From: Welwitschia mirabilis
Taxonomy: Eukaryota
Assembly (NCBI GenBank): GCA_051453625.1
Contig: JBOZIK010000001.1
Coordinates: forward strand, 11,510,080 to 11,564,762
DNA length: 54,683 nucleotides
Direction of reading: 5' to 3'
This document shows positions 1-13,161 of the stretch, in pieces. The number at the start of each line of letters is the position of its first letter. Positions within the stretch are counted from its first letter, which is position 1. Both the position numbers and the translations under genes were made by a program. The notes beneath the pieces are model-generated. The model saw only the letters and a program-made list of their open reading frames with translations, ran no database searches and was not told the DNA's origin.

Positions 1-244
1 AGACTGACGTCCGGATGACATAAGTGGACAACCGATCTCAGAACAAGTTTTTGCAGGGTGTTCATTTTCTCAGACTTCATTACTAGTTACAGACTCAATT
101 TTTCTCCTTATCAGATCGGAAAGCTTAGTGGAAGAATAGTCAAACTCAAGTTATTCATTAAGCACATAAAGATATTATACTTCCATGTGATTGTCAAACA
201 AGATTGGCTTGTGAAGCATAGACCATCTCTTCAAGTGAACAGTG

Positions 245-2962
245 CTATAAGAATAATGTTGGTTTTATTTCTTCCTCCAATCCTAAATCATTGCCTAAAT
301 ATTTTTCACCGGCATCAAAGACTCTAATTGAAAATTGTTTGTTTCCAAAATGGCATTTCATTAATCTAGTTCTTGTGTCAATGATGCAATGGGCTATTGC
401 ACAGAAAGATCTACCTAGAAGTAGGGGATATCCACCTTGGTGCCCAACTTCCAAAAATACTACATCTATGGGGTAGAAAGCTTCCTCGATTTGAATGACT
501 AAGTCCCTGATCACACCTAACGGTTTCTTCACAGATGTATCGGCTAACTCTAAGATAACTCGTGTAGGCTCTACTCTGTCTTCCAATCCAAGTCATTGAC
601 AAATATATAAGGGTATGATGTTGACANNNNNNNNNNNNNNNNNNNNNNNNNNNNNNNNNNNNNNNNNNNNNNNNNNNNNNNNNNNNNNNNNNNNNNNNNN
701 NNNNNNNNNNNNNNNNNNNNNNNNNNNNNNNNNNNNNNNNNNNNNNNNNNNNNNNNNNNNNNNNNNNNNNNNNNNNNNNNNNNNNNNNNNNNNNNNNNNN
801 NNNNNNNNNNNNNNNNNNNNNNNNNNNNNNNNNNNNNNNNNNNNNNNNNNNNNNNNNNNNNNNNNNNTTACGTCTTTCATCAAGGCTTTTAGATGATCAT
901 CAAAGACAGGGTTTGTGTTAAGCCTATTAAGCCATGGGGTAGCAAGTTTCTTTTGTTGTGAATTTGTCTTTTTATTGCTTATTGGAGGAGGGAAAGAATG
1001 ATTTTCTAAAATTTCTATATCCTCTTTATCATCGTTCTTATTGTTTTAGGAAGTTGAAGCCTCCTGAGTAAAAGGAGTTATGTTAGTTCCACTTCTTATC
1101 ACTACATTACACTCTTTTTTTACTTCATTTGGGTTTGGTAAAGGTTGTGTGATAAGGGTCCCTTGTGGTCTTTGGTTTGTAAGCATAGTTTATTATAAAA
1201 TGTTTACTAGATTCTCTATGTTTGCATTAGTCTTTTCTTAAGTTTTTCTCAACTCCTCAATTAAATTCTTAAGAGGACAACTATGGATTTGGGAGTTGGA
1301 AGGATTTGTCAAGTTATTTGATTGATTAGGTTGAAAGTTTAAATATTCGTATCAAATTTTGAAAGGTTGGAAGCTAGGACAAGATGTCTAAAAGTTTTTA
1401 GGATTTGGTTGCTCACTCATCCTATTTTGAGAATTATGACTTGGGACTTATCTTTGGTCATAGTGTTGTGTGTAGTTAGGAGGTATTTGGTTGAAACCAC
1501 ATACTTCCTCATAAATTCTTTCTTTGTAGGTGGGAAGTAAAGGACAATCTTTTGTATTATGATAACTATCTTCGCACAAATCACATGTTGTAATGATGAC
1601 TTTACTTTTCTCGGTTGCCACTTTAGCATCTAGGATCATCTGAATGTATTTCTCTAAGGTAGATGTGAAGTCCCTAATAACGCTAGTTGGTTCATGTTCT
1701 ATTTTGATTTCAGTCTTCTCATGCTTGAATTTTTTGAGGTCTTTTATGATTTGGCCTACTATTCTATTTTCTCTAGAGGAAGGTTTAGGCCAAGTTTGAC
1801 TTACTTCAACTAAGTCTTCTAAGATCTTCCAAGCATCTTCTAGAGTTTGGTTTAAGAGGTTGCCTCCACAAGAGAAATCTACGAGCTGTTTTGTGTGACT
1901 GTTTAATCCACTATAGAAATAATCTATTAATTCTACCTTAGAAAAGGCATCTACTGGGTTTGAGTGTAAAGCTACGACAAATCTNNNNNNNNNNNNNNNN
2001 NNNNNNNNNNNNNNNNNNNNNNNNNNNNNNNNNNNNNNNNNNNNNNNNNNNNNNNNNNNNNNNNNNNNNNNNNNNNNNNNNNNNNNNNNNNNNNNNNNNN
2101 NNNNNNNNNNNNNNNNNNNNNNNNNNNNNNNNNNNNNNNNNNNNNNNNNNNNNNNNNNNNNNNNNNNNNNNNNNNNNNNNNNNNNNNNNNNNNNNNNNNN
2201 NTTTAAGAGGTTGCCTCCACAAGAGAAATCTACGAGCTGTTTTGTGTGACTGTTTAACCCGCTATAGAAATAATCTATTAATTCTACCTTAGAAAAAGCG
2301 TCTACTAGGTTTGAGTGTAAAGCTACAACAAATCTCTCGTAAGCAGAAGCATAATCTTTGTTAGGTAGTTATTGGAAGTTTGTAACTTCTTTCTTATGGT
2401 TCCAGACAGTGGTTTAGCTCATGAATCATTTGATAAAGGCCTCTTGAACTTAGCTCCAAGATTTTAGGCTTTTATGAGGGATCTTTCTAAGCCAAAGTTT
2501 AGTCTTGTCTCGCAAAGTCATAGGAAAGATGATCATATAAGTTCTATCGGTTATGCGTTTCTTACCATTGCCGAATGTAAGAACTAGTTGTTCTATTTCT
2601 GTGATGTGTTGTAGGGGGTCTTCATCAGGTTCTCCTCTAAAGATGGGATAAGAATTTAGGTTTTTCAGTTCTATGTCATCGCCAGGAGGTAAGTTAAAGG
2701 GGTTTTGAATTTTAAGTCATTTGTTTGCTATGAGATCTCTCAAAGTTACACGAGTATTTGATTGAGGAGAAGTACAAGTAATGGTTCTAACGATGGGTGG
2801 TAAATTTGGCGAGATAGGTTGTTTTTGACGAGATGTCGACATTTTATTAAATTCTTCAAAATTGAAATCAAATTCACTTACAGAATTACAATCGGAAATT
2901 TCAAGAAATTCTAATGTTTGCATACCTGAACTGTTTTGATTTTTAAATTGAAAATTAAGCAA
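245..2962 (-). pseudogene. gag-pol: Disrupted gag-protease of element A
   Basis: ORF fragments include the CX2CX4HX4C knuckle CDLCEDSYHNTKDC (ORF 1448..1639), gag motif IIFPMTLRDKTKLWL (~2490-2535) and protease C-half VNIIPLYIC / LELADTSVKKPLGVIRDLVIQIEEAFYPIDVVFLE / PLLLGRSFCAIAHCIID (245..626). Stops, frameshifts and two N gaps interrupt it. Confidence 0.88.
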
Positions 2963-3317
2963 ACCTTCTTGGATATTTTCTGCAATGAATTATCGCTCTC
3001 TCTGATATTTTTCACCTTTTCGATTTTCACCATTCAGTTTCATTACTATCCTGTTCATCGTTCTGTCTATCGTCCGGACGATACCTAAGATGACAGAGAC
3101 AAAAAACACAGAAAACCACAAAACAAGGGAAAAGTAGAAAAGGGTATTGTTGTCCGACTGTGACATCTAGATGACTTAAAGGACATCAGTGGTTAGTGAA
3201 AAAAAAAGAAAAAAACTGAAATGAAAATACTTACAGAGGGTAGTACTACACCGATGCTATAGCAAACATCTGGAATATTCACTGAAGTAACGACAATTCT
3301 CGATTTCCAAGTAGCCT

Positions 3318-3335
3318 TCCCTGGCAATGGCACTA
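3318..3335 (-). promoter_or_regulatory. Primer-binding site of A (tRNA-Asp type, degenerate)
   Basis: - strand reads TAGTGCCATTGCCAGGGA versus the Athila consensus TGGCGCCGTTGCCGGGGA, 3 nt after the LTR-terminal CA. Confidence 0.85.
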
Positions 3336-3338
3336 ATT

Positions 3339-4454
3339 TGTTATGGTGTGTATTTGTGCAATAGTTCACATTTCAATTTCAATCCTGTTAATTATAAATA
3401 AGATGCAAAATACAACACGCNNNNNNNNNNNNNNNNNNNNNNNNNNNNNNNNNNNNNNNNNNNNNNNNNNNNNNNNNNNNNNNNNNNNNNNNNNNNNNNN
3501 NNNNNNNNNNNNNNNNNNNNNNNNNNNNNNNNNNNNNNNNNNNNNNNNNNNNNNNNNNNNNNNNNNNNNNNNNNNNNNNNNNNNNNNNNNNNNNNNNNNN
3601 NNNNNNNNNNNNNNNNNNNNNNNNNNNNNNNNNNNNNNNNNNNNNNNNNNNNNNNNNNNNNNNNNNNNNNNNNNNNNNNNNNNNNNNNNNNNNNNNNNNN
3701 NNNNNNNNNNNNNNNNNNNNNNNNNNNNNNNNNNNNNNNNNNNNNNNNNNNNNNNNNNNNNNNNNNNNNNNNNNNNNNNNNNNNNNNNNNNNNNNNNNNN
3801 NNNNNNNNNNNNNNNNNNNNNNNNNNNNNNNNNNNNNNNNNNNNNNNNNNNNNNNNNNNNNNNNNNNNNNNNNNNNNNNNNNNNNNNNNNNNNNNNNNNN
3901 NNNNNNNNNNNNNNNNNNNNNNNNNNNNNNNNNNNNNNNNNNNNNNNNNNNNNNNNNNNNNNNNNNNNNNNNNNNNNNNNNNNNNNNNNNNNNNNNNNNN
4001 NNNNNNNNNNNNNNNNNNNNNNNNNNNNNNNNNNNNNNNNNNNNNNNNNNNNNNNNNNNNNNNNNNNNNNNNNNNNNNNNNNNNNNNNNNNNNNNNNNNN
4101 NNNNNNNNNNNNNNNNNNNNNNNNNNNNNNNNNNNNNNNNNNNNNNNNNNNNNNNNNNNNNNNNNNNNNNNNNNNNNNNNNNNNNNNNNNNNNNNNNNNN
4201 NNNNNNNNNNNNNNNNNNNNNNNNNNNNNNNNNNNNNNNNNNNNNNNNNNNNNNNNNNNNNNNNNNNNNNNNNNNNNNNNNNNNNNNNNNNNNNNNNNNN
4301 NNNNNNNNNNNNNNNNNNNNNNNNNNNNNNNNNNNNNNNNNNNNNNNNNNNNNNNNNNNNNNNNNNNNNNNAGGAACTAGGCATTTATCTGTTAGTTTAT
4401 CTACAAAACAACTCAAAATACCCTATCAAATACACTTAAGTTGGCGTTGCAACA
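3339..4454 (-). repeat. 5' LTR of A (mostly N gap 3421-4371)
   Basis: 4372-4454 is the reverse complement of the start of the H LTR (50421-50503); 3339-3420 resembles its end; TG...CA termini. Confidence 0.85.
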
Positions 4455-5129
4455 CACACAAATGTTCAAAGTTTTATAAGATACATTATTAGAAAAATTC
4501 AATAATTATTTTGAAATTATTGGTTGTAATTGCTTTGGCCTTTACCCATTTTGTAATGGAATCAACTCAAACAATAATGTATGAATATCCATTTGATTTT
4601 GAAAATTATCTAGTAAAACCACTTCCTTAAACATCAAAAGGTTTGCATTTAAGGATTAGATTCATAAACATCTCATATCTTTTTAGTAACCCTCTTGTTC
4701 ATTGGTAGTAGTTACATTTCAATACATAAATATAATAAACTTGAAACAAAGATGGATAATAAAATTTATTTTGTAAAATTTTATAAGTTGTTTTTTCCTT
4801 TATTGAAATGAACTCCGAAATCACTATCATGATAAATTTGTAATATTTTAGATTGTTTTTATTATAGAACACATTGGTCTATGATTTCATTTTTGTAAAT
4901 ACAATATGAATGAATAAATCCTTAAGCAATGTTATATGGAAATATATACCTAAAAATATAATAAATAATGGAGAAAACATATAATAATATTTGAAATAGC
5001 TTTCCAAACAATATTCGTATTTTAACAAATATTATAGTAGCCATTACTAATTAAATACCCAACTAAATAGAGTGATTTTACATACTTGTACATGTGAAAT
5101 ACAATATAAGTATTCTAATATTAGTATAT

Positions 5130-8100
5130 TCTAAGATTCCTTTCCTTAACATTTAAAGAATCAATCTAGTTATAATGCAAATATAAAAAGCAAATATTTT
5201 TTTATAAAATCAGAGCACCCAGAAGAAAATCATATGCAAATGCAATCTTAAAACTATGCAAATATCTACCATCATTATTCAAGTGAATTATATATATTTC
5301 AACTGGTAGATTCTTCCAAAAATCCCATGCGTGATCTTAGATGATAATTCTATTGATATAAAATTAAAGTGATGAAGATATCTAAGCTGGATCAAGTAGT
5401 CTTCAGATACTAGATATACCATTCATTATGCTAGAAATCTAACTTTCACAAGCAAGGACTAGGAAAAACTTAGTAATACATTTTTTTTTCCTTATAAGGA
5501 GGTTTCTAAAGCATGTATTAGCATTTTCACTTCATCTTTAGATCTATTTAAGGATATTTTATCTTACTACAAGCCAATATGATCTCTAAAATACACATGC
5601 TTTAACCTACTCAGTGGCTTTATTAGAATGTATACCACTTGTTTTATAGTTGGACAATGTGATAACTTAATAGTTTCTTCCTAAATAAGTTCTTGAATTT
5701 AATGACACTTTGTTTAGATGTGCTTTGTACATTCAAGAAATACTAGATTGTTTACCATATGGATTGCACTTTGATCATCCACATGTAGCTCTATTAATTG
5801 TTTTTACATTCTATTTATAAGTGCTAATAATTTGCTTAGATAAATAATATCCTTTTAACTTTTTAATATTGTAATGTATTTTGCTTCTTCTTAAGAATCT
5901 ATAGTTGCCTTCTGTAATGTGGATTTCTATGAGATAGATGAATCATGTATAAAGGTAATGTACCCTCTTCTTGATCTTCTAGTATCTATATATCTTGTAA
6001 ATTTGAATTTGATTATGTACATACTCTTCTTGATCTTCTAGTATCTATATCTATTATAAATTTGAATTTGATTATGTACATAATCTAAATTCTTCATTAT
6101 TTTCATACACTAAACCATAATGCGATGTACTTTTCAGATATCATAGAACTCTAATAGCTACAATCTAGTTAATTTAATGTGATTTTTATATAAAAATTGA
6201 TAATATATTAGCTACGAACGATATATAGTCTTGTGTGTTAGTTTCAAAAATGATACATTAAAGTAATCTTATTTACATTATAGCATTACTAAGTGGTGAA
6301 TTATCATCTTTTGACAATTTAGTTTCCACTTCCATTGGTATAGCAATTTCCTTGAAATTATTCATCTAAAACTTTTATAAAAGATCTGTAATGTAATCCT
6401 TTTAAGAAAAAATAATATTACTGTCTAATTACTAAACTTCAATCTCCTAAATAATATTTCATTATTTTAAGATAAGTGATTTTAAATATTTTATCTAGAT
6501 ACTTCTTTACCATTTAATCAACTACACATAACTTCTTATAATTAACATATTATTAACAAATACAATAATAAAAGTAAGTTTACCTCCTTACTTCTTAATA
6601 AATAGATTAACATTAATATCAAGATAATTACACATTTCAAAACCAATCTATTTTACTCTCCAAAACAATTTGNNNNNNNNNNNNNNNNNNNNNNNNNNNN
6701 NNNNNNNNNNNNNNNNNNNNNNNNNNNNNNNNNNNNNNNNNNNNNNNNNNNNNNNNNNNNNNNNNNNNNNNNNNNNNNNNNNNNNNNNNNNNNNNNNNNN
6801 NNNNNNNNNNNNNNNNNNNNNNNNNNNNNNNNNNNNNNNNNNNNNNNNNNNNNNNNNNNNNNNNNNNNNNNNNNNNNNNNNNNNNNNNNNNNNNNNNNNN
6901 NNNNNNNNNNNNNNNNNNNNNNNNNNNNNNNNNNNNNNNNNNNNNNNNNNNNNNNNNNNNNNNNNNNNNNNNNNNNNNNNNNNNNNNNNNNNNNNNNNNN
7001 NNNNNNNNNNNNNNNNNNNNNNNNNNNNNNNNNNNNNNNNNNNNNNNNNNNNNNNNNNNNNNNNNNNNNNNNNNNNNNNNNNNNNNNNNNNNNNNNNNNN
7101 NNNNNNNNNNNNNNNNNNNNNNNNNNNNNNNNNNNNNNNNNNNNNNNNNNNNNNNNNNNNNNNNNNNNNNNNNNNNNAAAATAGTTTTTAACATCTAACT
7201 AATATATTAACTAATCTTATTACATAATTAAGGAATCAAGAGTTTTAATTGAAGGCCATTTAGCTGTAGGTGTAAAAACTTCCTTATAGTCAATTCCATA
7301 TTTCTATAAAAATCCTATAACTATAAGTCATGCATTAAGTTTATTAGAATTTTTATTTAATTTAAACTTTATAAACATCCATTTATTTATAGTACTTTTC
7401 TTCCACAAGTTAGATTAATAAGTTTCTCAGTTTTATTTCTTGTTAGAGCTTCATACTCAATTTACTTTGCACATCTTCTTCTATAATATTGAGTAGATTT
7501 TAAAATAAGTAAGAGGCTTATAATTTATAATAATATGAAATTTTACATGTTGCATCTTAATAAAGTTTGATTGTTGCATTTTTTCCTTGTATAAACTACA
7601 TGAATCTATGTTACCCATTTTATCTAGGTTCATATATTTAAGGACTTGTCAAGCTTATTGTATTTTTCATGAATGAAAGACTAAAGATTTACTTCAAGTA
7701 TTACAATCCTTAAAGATAAATTCTCTAAATCATATTAAATATGTTAGAGAAGAAGGAAATTACATAGATGAAATGTGGCTTCTAACACTAGTGTTTGAAA
7801 AAGACATTATCAAATTATTAGTATAGGCATTATCATCATAATGAGATTTAATACTTTAAATAAGTTTTTCATTAGCCCCCTTTCCCCATCTGCATTCCCC
7901 AAAAATTTATGAATCTTGGGCTTACATAGCTAATCATTAAATTTTTGATAATATAATGCCTTCATCTAATCATCTAAAGTTATTAACTCATCCTTTGTTT
8001 TAGTAAAGATAATGATTCCTTCATTTGATCATCATATTTATTTGAGAGGGAGTAAAAACTTTATAATATTTTTGATCTTGAAGATACCCAACAAAAACTC

Positions 8101-10400
8101 TTTTAATTTGATATGCATTAAGTTTTGTGTGATTCTTAGGAAGAACATCTATGAAACAAGTACAATAAAATTTTTTAAAATGGTTAGCATTAAGTTGTAT
8201 AACATATCTTTATTGAAAGGAAGAGGTTTATGATTTTTTAGATGTGTGATCATGTTTAAATATTTTATGGATGTTTGAACTACTTCACCAAAAAGATATG
8301 CTAAGATATTTTTATATAGTACTAAAGCTCTAATATAATTTCATCAATGTGTAATTCATAAAATTCTGCTACACTATTCTATTGAGATGTATTTGGAATT
8401 ATCAATAGATAACAAGTTCCATTCTCTTATAGAAACTACTCAAATTAATTTGAAGTGAATTTCCTACCATTATCAATATGAAGAATAAAAACTCTGCACT
8501 GAGACTCTATTTATACCACTTATTTTGACTATTTAAAAGCTGAAAATGTTATGATTTCTAATTAAAGAATTAAACCCATGTCACTTTAGTAAAATCATTA
8601 ATGAAATTAATAAAATAAAAACTTATACTAAGAGCTATAATAGACATAGGGCCACATACATTTATATGAATAAGTTACAAATTTATTATAGGCTTGACAC
8701 TCCTTAGATTAAATTCTTTTTGGTAGATTTTTTCATGATGAAAAATTTACATTTTAAATTCTTTGATGAAATTTTAAGAACACCCTTTAAGAAATATATG
8801 CATATGCCTAGTTTGTTTTCTTTAATACTGCCAAGACATGCATGTCATACTTGCTGTTTTGTGAGCTTGGTTGAACTACCTAAGGTAGTTACTAAATTAA
8901 GAGAGACATCATTATAACCATTGGTTTGTATAATATAAGTTGTAGTTACTTTTTCTAAAAGTTTAGTAAATGTATCTTAAAGTTTTCTTTGCATAACAAC
9001 TAAGTTTCTAGAAGAATAAACTACTTACAACATCTTATCACTAGTAGTAAGATGAAGATAGATCATGAGTTATAAAACTTGAGAGTAATAATAAAATTGT
9101 TTAAGGATTTAATATTAAAAACATTAAGAATAATGACATCAAGAATATTACCTAGTTTAATGTAATTTGAAAATTGCCTTTAATAGATTATGTTAATTTA
9201 CTTTTCATGGTAACATAACCTGATACCTCTATATTCAACATTGTAATTAAAGATTTATTTGAAGTCATATGATAGCTAGAACTTATTTTTGTGATCATGT
9301 GGTTATTGTTAAATAGTTAACATTGTTCACCATGTTTTTTGAGTATATCTTAACTACGTTAAAGCTACTTTTAACATAACAAATGCTTGCTTTATAGAAA
9401 GATATTTTAGCAATATAAGTTATGTCTAGGTTTATCGCTTGTATGTGACATGAACTAAGCTATAAAAATGACTATCTCCACTATTATCTTATTCATATGA
9501 TGCAAAATTACATATTCATTATTAAAATTATTATTCCCATGTTTTTTAAACTTTTTAATCTTATTAGTTAGTACTCTAAAGTTTCCTGCTACATGACCTT
9601 TCTCTCTACATCATTCACAAACTTAATTGTTTTTGTATTTTGTGATGTATTCTAATAGTAATATTACTTATTATGTATACCTCAATCTTAGCCTCTATTA
9701 CTAAAACCTCTACCTCTATTATTGTTTTGAAAAAGCTTACTAAATTTGGCTTCATAATTGAGTTCAATATTCAATGCAATATTAACATTGTTAATTTGAT
9801 TAGATGTGTTAAAACCATTTTCAAAGGCTTTATCAAACTCAAGGAGCTTATCATCCAAATTTTAAAGTTGACATTTTTTAATGTATTGGAAAAATCCATG
9901 TGATACATCAATTTTTTAAATCTCTACTAATGATATATTTGACTAGAATTAACATATTAGTTGTTTCATGTGGTTTTTAAACTTGCATTTTAATTTCATT
10001 TATTCTTCTCACTAGATAATAAAATTTTAAATTAGATTTAGAATTAAAATTCTTTCTAAAAATGTCTAAGACTAACTATGTAATATCATGAGCACTTCCA
10101 TTGATCATGCTATGAAAGTTGTAATCTATTCAAATAAGAAGAAATATATAAATATTATCATCATATTTAATCAAAGCCTTATAGCATCTCTAGGATTTAT
10201 AAGAGATTGATTCAAGTGATTTATTTAAACATTTTCAAACTTAATAGTTTTTCTAAAACCTGTGAATCATATGTCCCATCTCCTTACCACATAGTACTAC
10301 TTTAACATTTTGTTTAAAATTGCTTGACATAGTTTTTGATTAAATAAAAAATTATATATGACTAAAGGAAAAATAAAAAGAAAATGATGGATTTAAATTG
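5130..10400 (-). pseudogene. gag-pol: Cop1: heavily decayed Ty1/copia gag-pol (gag at right, RT and RNase H at left)
   Basis: - strand translations: NVKVVLCGKEMGHMIH (~10260-10310, copia gag N-terminus); GKLTFIIVFVNNML (~6543-6585, decayed YVDDML); LHVDDQSAIHMVNNLVFLECTKHI*TKCH (~5702-5788, RNase H CDNQSAI..NPVFHERTKHI). Possible decayed PPT/LTR start near 5136-5150. Boundaries approximate. Confidence 0.8.
5965..6082. repeat. 59-bp tandem duplication inside Cop1
   Basis: CTCTTCTTGATCTTCTAGTATCTATAT...GATTATGTACATA occurs twice back to back (5965-6023, 6024-6082). Confidence 0.9.
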
Positions 10401-10749
10401 TCCTAAGAAGTGAGATCATACAAGAGTGTTATAACCAACATAATGTTAAGATTTGCTAAAAATGTTATGTACATTAAAAAATATCACTAATTTTAAGGTA
10501 CTTTTGGTCAAAATTTTGAAAAATGCTAAATAAATTAGGCCTTGCCTCCTTTGTACACTATAGATATCTTCGCAAGATTTCTAAAATGGGTTATAATAAG
10601 CATTTTGAATTTGTATGCAAAAGTTATTGCTAAAATGATAAAGTTATGTTTTTACCCATACTAGATAATTTGACACTTAATTCCTCTAATAGTAATATAG
10701 AGCATTCCATGTTTGTGGATGAGAAACTAGTACTTATAGAACTATGATA

Positions 10750-11046
10750 TTTTTTTTATTTTTAAAACTTAATAGCTAAATAATCCATGTAGACTTAAGT
10801 TTTAAAACTTACAAAATAATGTTCAAATTCATTAAGTTTGTAATATTACTAAAACTTCCTTTTTAGTTGTCATGTAATTGCATTATGCTAAACTAAATGT
10901 CTTAAAAATATAATAGATGACATGCATTTTATGATTAATGTATTGTGCTAGAACTATGCTAACTATAGTATTACTAGAATTACACATAAAATCCAAAGAA
11001 TAATAACAATTTGATGCAATAGTAATAGGTGAAGTAAAGACATTTT
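10750..11046 (-). pseudogene. pol: RNase H fragment of element C
   Basis: VFTSPITIASNCYYSLDFMCNSS ... IVLAQYINHKMHVIYYIFKTFSLA*CNYMTTKKEVL matches the Athila pattern SAPII..FEIMCDAS..VLGQ..HVIYYASKTL..AQ.NYTTTEKELL. Confidence 0.85.
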
Positions 11047-12375
11047 TGTTGCAATGCCAATTTGTAGGAATTTGATAGTGTATTTAGAGTACTTTTGTAG
11101 GACATGTATATAGGTTTGGATGTAATTCTGTTAATTATAGAGAGTTGATAGGATGATAACGAAAACACGTAATTGGAGGCATTTTAGGCATGTTCTGGTA
11201 CTTAGCATGTTGAAGAAATACTAATGATGAAGAAGGCTAATTTACTTTACCTAAGGAGCTTTAGAAGGTTTTCGTATCCACTGTCATTCCCATGATAAAG
11301 GGGACAACAATACTATATTTACCTACTACAATAATGATTTAAACTAAAGCTTGGAGTCAATGAAGTAGCGTTTCAAGAGAGGTGTCATTCCCATTATCAT
11401 TACCATCACATAAGGGACGATGACACATATAGAGCTAACTGTAGGATCGATTGTGGAGGTAGAAGAATATTAATTATTTATTATTAAAGGGAATCATCCC
11501 TAGTGTCATCTCAATGATAGTCAGGATGATAATTATTTTATACAAGAGGGGCTTGTAATGGGGTCATGCACCCCACTTGAGCTGCTAGGATTTTTTCTCC
11601 AACTTCGAGGGTTATGTTTCTAAAACTTTCAATGTAAAACTATAAATAATCCCCTTGTCCTCACTTTAAAATCATATTTTATACCTGATATGCTTTGGAT
11701 GGAATATTGAAGGACAAGAGGTCCATCCAGTAGCTACAGAAAGGGGTTTTCTTAGTGTTAGGCTGAGTCTCTTCCATTGAGGTGCTGTTATCTTATTATA
11801 AGCAGATGTAAAGTTCTTTGAATTAATACAATCACTCTTTTCATTCTAATTCTATGAGTGTCTCTTATGGTTTAAGTTGGTCATAGTTAAGTAACAATTC
11901 TATGATTTATTTAGATCATAAGAGCAACCTTTATTAAGGTTGATCTTGGTTAATATTAGATTTGCATTGCTATTCCATTTCAATTCTATATTTTACTTGG
12001 TTTATCTCATAGTTCACATTGGTTAGGAACTAGTGAGGAACTCTTTTTAATTGACTTGAATTATAGAGAGCTAGTTCTTGTGATAGAAGAACTAGGATCT
12101 AAGTAGAATCTATTTCATTTCCATTTCCATTCATTGCATTTCATCTTCATTCATTTTGCATTGCATTTACTTTATTATTTACTTTCATTTATTAAAAGAT
12201 AAAAGACTAAAAATACCTTTGAAAATTAATTCTCTAACTTTGAGCCTAATGCCTTCGTTGGGATTATGACCTTCGGATGAACTTTAATCTATACTAGTGT
12301 GTGTTTTTTTTCAAGTTATTTGATTTATAGGTTTAACTAAAGGACTTTAAAACTGCATAAATTCACACTGTAACA
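11047..12375 (+). repeat. 5' LTR of B (1329 bp)
   Basis: Starts TGTTGCAATGCC, ends CACACTGTAACA; 11110-12375 aligns with 17881-19165; TATA-like TATAAATA at 11641. Confidence 0.9.
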
Positions 12376-12378
12376 TTT

Positions 12379-12396
12379 TGGCGCCATTGTCAGGGA
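12379..12396 (+). promoter_or_regulatory. Primer-binding site of B (tRNA-Asp type)
   Basis: TGGCGCCATTGTCAGGGA just after the LTR end. Confidence 0.9.
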
Positions 12397-13161
12397 AAGC
12401 CGCAAGGAGTTAGTATTGTATTTTTAGCTTAGCTTAAAGTAGATTTATTTTCACAATTTTTGTTTTCAGTAGTTTATAAAGACCCTATCATCCTCCTTGT
12501 CATCTAGACAACATTGGGAATAATAGTTCTGAAAATTTAAATTTATTTTTTATTTTTAATTTTTTTCCTCTACTCATAGTTTAGTAATAAAGGTATTATC
12601 ATCCTATCTGTCATCCACACAACATCTTAGATGATAGTCTTGTTTTTCTAAATTTTAGTAATCTTTCTTTCTGAGTTTTTTGTGAGTTTAGTTTTTTATG
12701 TACTCATTATCTCCCTTATTGTCTCCACGACAAGGTGGATGATGACAGTTGCTTTTGATTTTGGTTTTTTGTTTATGATCTCTGCATGTAGGGATATAGT
12801 GAATTCTAGCAAAAAGATGAAATATTAACAGAAGTGAAACTTGATTGAAGAAAAGTATTAGCACAAGATCATTCGAGTTCAAGAAAAATCTAGGTACACA
12901 CATCACAAGTATGCAAGTTCCAAGAATTTTTTTTTTAAAATTAAAGAACTAGATTTTCATTTCTCTCTATAGTCATTCTATTATTTATTTTCATGATAGT
13001 TAAAATAGATAGCCATTACACATATTTTGAGTGTTAAGAACTAGCAATCTCAACAAAATGATGAAACATTCAAGAGAGGAAAAATTGATCTTCATTGTAT
13101 ACTTATCTTCCTTACCATCTTCAATTAAAGTTCTCTTATTCCATTCTTCTCACTTGCTTCA

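Larger units (their letters stand above)
1..4454 (-). mobile_element. Element A: Athila-type Ty3/gypsy LTR retrotransposon, 5' portion (continues off the left edge)
   Basis: On - strand: LTR (TGTTGCAAC...CATAACA), tRNA-Asp-type PBS, gag with CCHC knuckle, aspartic protease region. Collinear with element H at 50421-54683. Confidence 0.9.

Noticed and set aside
5461..5500. A-rich tract followed by TG on - strand as Cop1 PPT and 3' LTR start
   Set aside because: A competing candidate lies at ~5136-5150 and no matching 5' LTR is visible, so neither can be confirmed.
10427..11046. TGTTATAACC at 10427 as the start of B's 5' LTR
   Set aside because: 10750-11046 encodes host RNase H on -, and the TSD plus similarity to A/H LTR starts place the boundary at 11047. 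10427-10750 remains unassigned.
12379..12396. tRNA-related sequence as a tRNA gene
   Set aside because: Only an 18-nt PBS complementary to a tRNA 3' end; no cloverleaf.
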